A stretch of 58,929 nucleotides of DNA from assembly GCA_035620555.1 (NCBI GenBank), contig DASPGQ010000218.1, forward strand, positions 1 to 58,929. The letters run 5' to 3'. Positions 53,163 through 58,929 of this stretch are shown here, one piece after another. Both the position numbers and the translations under genes were made by a program. Origin of the DNA: Vicinamibacteria bacterium. Its GTDB lineage: Bacteria; Acidobacteriota; Vicinamibacteria; Marinacidobacterales; SMYC01. Position 1 is the first letter of the stretch; the number at the start of each line of letters is the position of its first letter. The notes below the pieces were generated by a model. That model ran no database searches and was not told where the DNA came from. It saw only the letters and a list, made by a program, of their open reading frames with translations.

Positions 53163-53975
53163 ATGGACAGCACCGTCCTCTATCATTCGCACTGTGCCGA
53201 CGGCTTCGGCGCGGCCTGGGCGGCATGGAAAAAGCTCGGCTCCTCGGCGGTCTATATCCCCGTCAAGCATGGAACCGACCCGCCCGAGATCCCCGACGAA
53301 CACACGGTCTACATCCTGGATTTCTCCTACCCCCGCGCGGTCACGACGGCGATGCACTCGCGTTTTCGCGAGCTGGTGGTGATCGACCATCATCGGACCG
53401 CGGAAGTGGAGCTCGCTGGCCTAGATTGTGCTCTCTTCGACAACGAGAAGAGCGCCGCCGTGCTCGCCTGGGAGTATTTTCACCCCCAAAAAACGGTTCC
53501 CGAACTGCTCCGCTACGTCATGGACCGCGACCTCTGGCGCTACGAGCTGCCGCGAAGCCGCGAAGTGTTCGCCGGGCTGAGCTCCTATCCCATGGATTTC
53601 GAGATCTGGAGCTCGCTCGACATCGAGACCCTCGCTCAGGACGGGGTCGCAATCCTGCGCTATCAGAAAGAGTTGGTGAAGCTCCTCTGCGACGAGTTTC
53701 GCTGGGAGGACCTCGCGGGAAATCGCGTTCCCGTGGTCAACGCCACGATCCTGGGCTCCGACGTCGGCGAGGAACTGCTCGCGCGCCACCGCGACGCGCC
53801 GTTCGTGGTCATCTATTTCGACCGTGGGGACGGCAAGCGGCAGTGGTCCCTCCGCTCGCGGAAGGACTTCGACGTGTCGGAGCTCGCCCGGCGATTTCGA
53901 AACGGTGGGCATCGACAGGCCGCGGGTTTCGAGTCGGAGCTTCCCGCCGACTTCATGCCTCGCCCCAAGCGCTGA
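53163..53975 (+). CDS. short DHH/DHHA1-family phosphoesterase
   Basis: LYHSHCADGFGAA (motif I-like), VYILDFS (motif II Asp), VVIDHH (DHH) and NGGHRQAAGF (DHHA1 GGGH-like). 270 aa. Confidence 0.65.
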   Translation: MDSTVLYHSHCADGFGAAWAAWKKLGSSAVYIPVKHGTDPPEIPDEHTVYILDFSYPRAVTTAMHSRFRELVVIDHHRTAEVELAGLDCALFDNEKSAAVLAWEYFHPQKTVPELLRYVMDRDLWRYELPRSREVFAGLSSYPMDFEIWSSLDIETLAQDGVAILRYQKELVKLLCDEFRWEDLAGNRVPVVNATILGSDVGEELLARHRDAPFVVIYFDRGDGKRQWSLRSRKDFDVSELARRFRNGGHRQAAGFESELPADFMPRPKR

Positions 53976-54030
53976 AGGCGCTCCGGGCCGCGGCGCGAGA
54001 ATGCGCTAGAATCGGCCACGGGGAGGAATC

Positions 54031-54744
54031 ATGCGAACGTTCGCCATCCTGGGAATCGTACTCGCTCTCAGTAGCGGCGCGACGGCGTCTCAAAGCGATG
54101 AGCAGGTTCGCGCGACGATCGAGAAGGCCCTCGAAGACGCGGAAATCAAGGGCCTCGCGGTCTCGGTCCAGGGCAAGACCGTGAGCCTGAAGGGCCGGGT
54201 GCGAAACGTATTCGACAAGGAACAGGCGCTCGAGCTGGCGCTTGCCGAGGCGTCGATTGAAGAAGTCGATGCCGATATCGAAGTTTCCCAAGCGGAGAGC
54301 GATCGCGAGCTCGGCGAGCAGGTCGTGAAGGAGCTTCGAAAGTACAGCCGTTTCACCGTTTTCGACGATGCCAGCGCATATGTCGAGGGCGGCAGAGTGG
54401 TGCTTTTCGGTTGGGTGACCGAGCCCTTCAAAAAGGAAGAGCTCCAGAAGAGGCTTCGTGACGTCATCGGCATCCAGGAGTTTTCCAACGACATCGAAGT
54501 GCTGCCCACGTCACAGTCGGACGAACGCTTGCGGCAAGCGCTCTGGAATCGGCTCTATCGGGATCCGACGTTCTCGGACTTCGCCTCCATGACCATCCCC
54601 CCCATTCACATCATCGTTTCGCGAAGCCGCGTCATCCTCACCGGGGTGGTCAACAACCAGCTCATGAAGCAAAAGGCCGAGTCGATCATCCGCCAGACAC
54701 CCGGAGTGCTCTCCGTCGAGAGCAGGCTACGGATTGGAAGCTGA
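54031..54744 (+). CDS. periplasmic BON-domain protein (three BON repeats, OsmY-like)
   Basis: Signal peptide MRTFAILGIVLALSSGATA. Three repeats end in (V/R)V(S/V/I)L(K/F/T)G(R/W/V)V (GKTVSLKGRV, GGRVVLFGWV, RSRVILTGVV). A TAGAAT and GGGAGG lie upstream. Confidence 0.8.
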   Translation: MRTFAILGIVLALSSGATASQSDEQVRATIEKALEDAEIKGLAVSVQGKTVSLKGRVRNVFDKEQALELALAEASIEEVDADIEVSQAESDRELGEQVVKELRKYSRFTVFDDASAYVEGGRVVLFGWVTEPFKKEELQKRLRDVIGIQEFSNDIEVLPTSQSDERLRQALWNRLYRDPTFSDFASMTIPPIHIIVSRSRVILTGVVNNQLMKQKAESIIRQTPGVLSVESRLRIGS

Positions 54745-54990
54745 CCGCTGCTGGCGGCGGCCGTAGGCGACGAGACGTAGACCACGACATTGACGACGAC
54801 GAGGAGGACGCCGAGAACGACCTGAACCGCACGATCGAGACCAGGATGTCGGAATCGCTTCGACGATGTCTGGACGAGATGATGATCGGCGGAACCGACT
54901 ACGTCCCGGTCGTCGCCAGCACCACCAACGACTGAGAGCGGAGGGACGGCTCTCGAATCGGAGCAACCGGCCTCGCGGAATTTTCCTTTG

Positions 54991-57492
54991 ATGTCCATCA
55001 ACGAGCGTGATAGTTTCCAATCCGAAAGCCCGGCGAGTGACCGAGGAGACGGTTCCGGAACGGTGAACGAAACTCAACGAGATCTCGCGCCCGGCACGAC
55101 CCTCGGCCACTTCGAGATTCTCGATCTCCTCGGCGCCGGGGGAATGGGCACGGTTTACAGAGCGAGAGATTCCGCTCTCCAGCGCGTCGTCGCCCTCAAG
55201 ATTCTTCCCGCCGAGCTCTTCGAAGACGAGGCTGCAAGGGCCCGCTTCCTCCGTGAAGCTCACCTCGCCTCGCAGCTGACGCATCCGAACATCGCCACCA
55301 TCCACGAGATGGCCGAGGAGGGCGGCGTTCTCTTCATCGCCATGGAGCTCGTTCCCGGTCGCAACCTGAAGCAGGCGCTGCGGGCGGGATCCTTGCCGAT
55401 GAGCACGGTGCTCTCGATCGGAGTGCAGGTCTGTGAGGCCCTGGGCGCCGCGCACAAACTCGGGATCGTCCATCGCGACATCAAGTCGTCCAACATCATG
55501 ATGACACCGGACGGACTCGTCAAAGTGCTGGACTTCGGGCTCGCCAAGGCCCTGTCCGAGCCAAACGCGCTCGCGGCGGAAGCAGACGCCACTCCGCTGC
55601 GAAGCCCCCGTCCGGCCCGGGTTCGCGACTCCGCCGACCCTTCGGGCATGACTCTCAAGGGCACGGCTCTCGGCACACCCCCCTACATGTCGCCCGAACA
55701 GGCTTCGGGTCACATGGTTGACGGGAGGTCCGACATCTTCTCCCTGGGAGTCGTGCTGTACGAAGCGGCGTCGGGGGAGCTTCCCTTCCGGGGAGGCAGC
55801 GACCCGGAAGTGCTCGAGGCGGTGAAGCACGCGACCCCTCCCGTGCCCCGCCGCGCGGACGGGCCGATCCTGGACGGATTCCTCCAGGTGCTGAACCGAT
55901 GTCTCGCGAAGAAACCCGAGGAGCGATACGCCTCGGCCGGCGAGGCGCGAGAGGCCCTCGAACGGGTGGTCTCGCGGTTCAGCCAAAAGGCCGGGCCTGG
56001 ATCCCGGACCCGGGTCTGGCTCGCCTCGGCGATCGCAGTCGTATTCGCTCTCTCCGCCGTCGGTTACCGTTTCTGGGGGCAGCCCGGGACCGTCGCCTAC
56101 CCGCACCTTCGAACGATCGGAGTGCTTCCCTTCGAGAACGTCTCAGGAAACGCGGAGGAGAACTACCTCGCGTCCGCGGTGCCGCTCGAGCTGACGTCCC
56201 GTCTGGGACAAGTTCCAACGCTGAAGGTCGTTCCCTGGACGTTCATGCGCCGCTACCGGGAGAAGTCGACGTCTCTCGGCCAGATCCGGCAGGAGAGCGG
56301 GGCGGACGCGGTCCTCGAGGGTGCGGTGGCCTTGGTTCCTTCGGAATCGGGTGGCCGAAGGAGCGTGGTGCGCATCCAGACGCAGCTCTTCGACACGGAG
56401 ACCGGCCTCCTCCTGTGGTCGGACTCGATCGAGAGGGAGCTCGGCGGCTTCCTGCGCGTGCGCGGAGAGATCGCGCAGCAGATCGCCGCCCTTCTTCGAG
56501 TGCAGCTCGCCCAGGGCGAGACGCTTCAGATCGCGAGCTCCCGAGTTGTGGAATCCGAAGCGATGGCCTCTTACCTCCGGGGCCGCCAAGAGCTTTCGGA
56601 TCGCACGGAGGCGAGCCTCAACCGAGCCGTAGAGCATTTTCAGGCCGCGGTCCAGAAGGACTCCGAGTTCGCCGAAGCCTACGTCGGGATGGCCGATGCG
56701 TACAGCCTGCTCAGCGCGTATTGGGGCGTGGTGAGCGCGGACCGCGCGTACGCGCTGGCAGTCGACGCGACCGGACGAGCGCTCGCTATCGACGCCACCT
56801 TGGGCGACGCCTGGGCCGCGCAGGCCTTCGCGCATTATGCGCTGGTTTGGGATTGGTCGAAGGCGCTCCAGGAATTCCAGCAGGCCCTTTCGCTCGCTCC
56901 GCACTCCGCGGATGTGCACCACTGGTACGCGGACTACCTGACGGCCATTGGGCACCATGAAGAAGCGCTCGTTCACAGCCGGCTCGCCGAGTCCCGCTCG
57001 CCGCTCTCACCTGTTTACGGCCGTCGAGTGGCGTGGACGCTGTATTCGGCTCGCCGCTTCGACGAGGCCGTCGACCAGCTGAAAAAGACTTTGCGCGCGG
57101 ACCCGGACTTCGTTCCGGCGAAGACCCTCCTCGCCCGGGCGCTCGTCCAGGTCGGCCGTTACGAGGAGGCTGTCGCCGAGCTCCGGGCGGTGGGGGACTC
57201 CTATTCGGCGATGCTGGCCCAGGTCCACGCGACCGCTGGCAAGAAAGAGGAAGCCAGAGCCGTGCTCGAGAAACTCCTGGCGGGAGAGACTTTGGACCCT
57301 CGTCTTCCCTTCGAGGTGGGGCTCGTCTACGCCGCGCTCGGGGAAATGGAACAGGCGATGGAGTGGCTCGAGAAAGGCTTCCAGGTCCACGACCCGAACA
57401 TGGTGAGCGTGAAGACGAATCCGCTTCTCGACCCCTTGAGGGGCGACGAAAGGTTCGAGGACCTCATGCGAAGACTGGACTTTCCCCCCTGA
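54991..57492 (+). CDS. Ser/Thr protein kinase with TM helix, periplasmic TolB-N-like module and TPR repeats
   Basis: G-loop GAGGMGTVYRA, VALK, HRDIKSSNIMM, DFGLAK and PPYMSPEQ. TM: VWLASAIAVVFALSAV. IGVLPFENVSGNAEENYLA is typical of the periplasmic module in kinase/cyclase-TPR proteins. C-terminal TPRs follow. ATG 54991 is preferred over TTG 54988. Confidence 0.9.
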   Translation: MSINERDSFQSESPASDRGDGSGTVNETQRDLAPGTTLGHFEILDLLGAGGMGTVYRARDSALQRVVALKILPAELFEDEAARARFLREAHLASQLTHPNIATIHEMAEEGGVLFIAMELVPGRNLKQALRAGSLPMSTVLSIGVQVCEALGAAHKLGIVHRDIKSSNIMMTPDGLVKVLDFGLAKALSEPNALAAEADATPLRSPRPARVRDSADPSGMTLKGTALGTPPYMSPEQASGHMVDGRSDIFSLGVVLYEAASGELPFRGGSDPEVLEAVKHATPPVPRRADGPILDGFLQVLNRCLAKKPEERYASAGEAREALERVVSRFSQKAGPGSRTRVWLASAIAVVFALSAVGYRFWGQPGTVAYPHLRTIGVLPFENVSGNAEENYLASAVPLELTSRLGQVPTLKVVPWTFMRRYREKSTSLGQIRQESGADAVLEGAVALVPSESGGRRSVVRIQTQLFDTETGLLLWSDSIERELGGFLRVRGEIAQQIAALLRVQLAQGETLQIASSRVVESEAMASYLRGRQELSDRTEASLNRAVEHFQAAVQKDSEFAEAYVGMADAYSLLSAYWGVVSADRAYALAVDATGRALAIDATLGDAWAAQAFAHYALVWDWSKALQEFQQALSLAPHSADVHHWYADYLTAIGHHEEALVHSRLAESRSPLSPVYGRRVAWTLYSARRFDEAVDQLKKTLRADPDFVPAKTLLARALVQVGRYEEAVAELRAVGDSYSAMLAQVHATAGKKEEARAVLEKLLAGETLDPRLPFEVGLVYAALGEMEQAMEWLEKGFQVHDPNMVSVKTNPLLDPLRGDERFEDLMRRLDFPP

Positions 57493-57528
57493 TTCCGTGA
57501 ACGTCCATGCCAGGCAAGGAGGAGGGAC

Positions 57529-57741
57529 ATGGCAAAGAAAAAGGCAAAGACGAGGGCCGCGAAGAAGAAGAGCAGTAAACCGGTAGAGACGACTCTCGAC
57601 ATCAAGGAGCTGCTGCAGGAGATTTCTGACGCCCAACGGGAGCTGAGTCGTATCCAGGAGAAAATGGCTGGGCTCCGTCCCCTCTGTCTGCGAGTGCGCG
57701 TGCTCAAACTCGAGGATGGAAAGAAGGGCAAGCACAAATAG
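57529..57741 (+). CDS. 70-aa lysine-rich small protein (possible precursor peptide or small nucleic-acid-binding protein)
   Basis: AGGAGG (57517-57522) sits 6 nt before the ATG. MAKKKAKTRAAKKKSSKP, then helical LDIKELLQEISDAQRELSRIQEKM, then GLRPLCLRVRVLKLEDGKKGKHK. The locus is locally A-rich. It ends 30 nt before the SagB-like gene. Confidence 0.55.
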   Translation: MAKKKAKTRAAKKKSSKPVETTLDIKELLQEISDAQRELSRIQEKMAGLRPLCLRVRVLKLEDGKKGKHK

Positions 57742-57770
57742 GAACTCCGACGCATCGCATCCGAGGACGA

Positions 57771-58910
57771 ATGGCCGGGGGAAGGGTACTCTACCGGCGG
57801 TCGCCGAACCTCGTCGGGCACTGGATCGCACGGCGGCTCGTCCTTCGAAACTACGCGACAGGGGTGGTCTCCGCCGCGTCGCCTTCCGTCATTCGGGTTC
57901 TCGACTTCTTCAGCGATTGGCGGACACCCGAGGCGCTGATCGAGGAGATGGGGGTCATCGATCGCGCCCCCGTGAAGCGCCTGCTGACGAGCCTTGTTCG
58001 AAAATCACTCCTGCTGCGGTCCGATCGGAAGCGGACTGCGGCTGAGGAAGGCATGGACGGATGGGCCGAGTGGAACCCGTCCGTCGGATTCCTGCATTCC
58101 GTGAGCCGAGACCTGGATTTCGAGTCGGGAGAGGCGAGCGCGGCTTCCTTCCTCCGGCAGCGCATCGACACGCGCGAGCTTCCCGACCCGGTGAAAGGCT
58201 TTGTCGGATCGGGACACGTCAAGCTCCCGTCTCCCCGCCGCAGCGGAGTCTTCCCCCGCGTCCTTCTCCACCGCCGGACGTGGAGGAAGTTTGGCGCGAC
58301 GTCCCTCGACGCATCCGCTCTCGGAACGCTTCTCGAGCTCACCTTCGGCGTCCAGGCGTGGATGGACCTGGGAGCGCTCGGCCGCGCTCCGTTGAAGACG
58401 TCGCCCTCGGGAGGAGCGCGCCACCCGATCGAGGCGTATGTGCTCGTTCGACGCGTATCGGGGGTGCCGCCCGGGCTCTATTACTACGATCCCCAGGGGC
58501 ACGGCCTCGAGAGGTTGATCCTCGGTGGCGCGTCTCGAATACGGCGCTACCTGCCGGGGCAGCCGTGGTACCGCGAGGCCTCCGCACTCGTCCTCATGAC
58601 CGCGGTGTTCGCTCGAACACAGTGGCTCTATCCGAACCCGCGATCGTATCGAGCCGTTCTGCTGGAGGCCGGACACCTTTGTCAGACGTTCTGCCTCGTC
58701 GCCACCTGGCTCGGGCTCGCTCCCTTCGAGACTTCCGCCCTCGCCGATTCGCTCATCGAGAAGGACCTCGGGATCGACGGAGTTCGCGAATCGGTGCTCT
58801 ACGCCGCCGGGGTCGGACCGAAGCCCGAAGGAATCTCCTGGGCACCGTCCATCGACGGAGAACCGCCCCCGCGATGGATACGCCACAGCCGTGGGCCGAG
58901 GAGCCTTTGA
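57771..58910 (+). CDS. SagB/ThcOx-family (nitroreductase-fold, FMN) dehydrogenase with an N-terminal winged-helix, RRE-like extension
   Basis: SagB-type motifs: LKTSPSGGARHPIEAYV, GLYYYDP and AVLLEAGHLCQTFCLVATWLGL. The first ~110 aa (VIRVLDFFSDWRTPEALIEEMGVIDRAPVKRLLTSLVRKSLLL) look PqqD-like. Confidence 0.75.
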   Translation: MAGGRVLYRRSPNLVGHWIARRLVLRNYATGVVSAASPSVIRVLDFFSDWRTPEALIEEMGVIDRAPVKRLLTSLVRKSLLLRSDRKRTAAEEGMDGWAEWNPSVGFLHSVSRDLDFESGEASAASFLRQRIDTRELPDPVKGFVGSGHVKLPSPRRSGVFPRVLLHRRTWRKFGATSLDASALGTLLELTFGVQAWMDLGALGRAPLKTSPSGGARHPIEAYVLVRRVSGVPPGLYYYDPQGHGLERLILGGASRIRRYLPGQPWYREASALVLMTAVFARTQWLYPNPRSYRAVLLEAGHLCQTFCLVATWLGLAPFETSALADSLIEKDLGIDGVRESVLYAAGVGPKPEGISWAPSIDGEPPPRWIRHSRGPRSL

Positions 58911-58911
58911 T

Positions 58912-58929
58912 ATGCCCGCGCGCTCCGAG
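58912..58929 (+). CDS. 5' end of the next gene (MPARSE...), cut by the window end
   Basis: The ATG at 58912 lies 1 nt after the SagB-like stop codon, which suggests the same operon. The identity cannot be determined from 6 codons. Confidence 0.3.

Noticed and set aside
54846-54935. 29-codon ORF (MSESLRRCLDEMMIGGTDYVPVVASTTND) in the BON-kinase spacer
   Set aside because: It has no Shine-Dalgarno, no recognisable motif, and is very short. It is mentioned inside a finding but is not called as a feature.
57007-57831. 274-aa minus-strand ORF spanning the kinase 3' end, the small Lys-rich ORF and the SagB start
   Set aside because: It overlaps three better-supported plus-strand genes and has no motifs. 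The plus-strand small ORF has a canonical SD, which this ORF lacks.

Overview
GC-rich, densely packed bacterial chromosome segment. Gene content, including a VWA protein whose N-terminus matches the Acidobacteria-typical VWFA-related family, suggests Acidobacteriota; that is inference only. I support about 55 protein genes, many joined by 1-nt or 4-nt stop/start overlaps and several using GTG/TTG starts. I recognised no rRNA, tRNA, CRISPR array, transposase or integrase.

Layout:
- 1-2.0 kb: end of a membrane-protein gene, then an FG-GAP/ASPIC protein.
- 2.0-9.3 kb, minus strand: B12-radical SAM, VWA+FHA pair, 3-gene osmoprotectant ABC transporter, rpiA.
- 9.3-11.6 kb: GH20-like hydrolase and a small membrane protein.
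- 11.7-19.0 kb, minus strand: glycan operon. Order is STAS, decaprenyl-phosphate phosphoribosyltransferase homolog, a conserved hypothetical with an RGG tail, then four GT4 glycosyltransferases in two paralog pairs. The last GT4 carries a tandem-repeat poly-acidic tail.
- 19.1-31.6 kb: pta, rpsU, purDE, rlmN, and a long M16-MBL-purB-purS-purQ-purL-purF operon.
- 31.6-36.7 kb: secreted TPR-CHAT protein, a CpxP/CpxR/CpxA-like envelope-stress module with a CpxR-type direct repeat upstream, and a protein with two PARP-type zinc fingers.
- 36.9-41.8 kb: GldA-like ABC ATPase, a fused GldF/GldG-like protein, and a DUF4340-like protein.
- 41.8-48.2 kb: a patchy stretch with three decayed genes (LuxR-HTH fragment, frameshifted HepT/DUF86, VapC/PIN C-terminal remnant) mixed with an SNase-like secreted protein, a membrane protein, a zinc-ribbon/TM/trypsin-like protease and an orphan solute-binding protein.
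- 48.2-51.9 kb: HpaB-family monooxygenase, ACMSD-type amidohydrolase, MFS transporter.
- 52.0-58.9 kb: lipoprotein, DHH phosphoesterase, BON protein, Ser/Thr kinase-TPR, then a strongly translated 70-aa Lys-rich ORF followed by an RRE-like/SagB-ThcOx dehydrogenase and a coupled gene cut by the window end.

The best candidates for something new are that last possible peptide-modification module, the double PARP-finger protein, and the glycan operon with oppositely charged disordered tails. All functional calls rest on motif recognition by eye. No database search was run.
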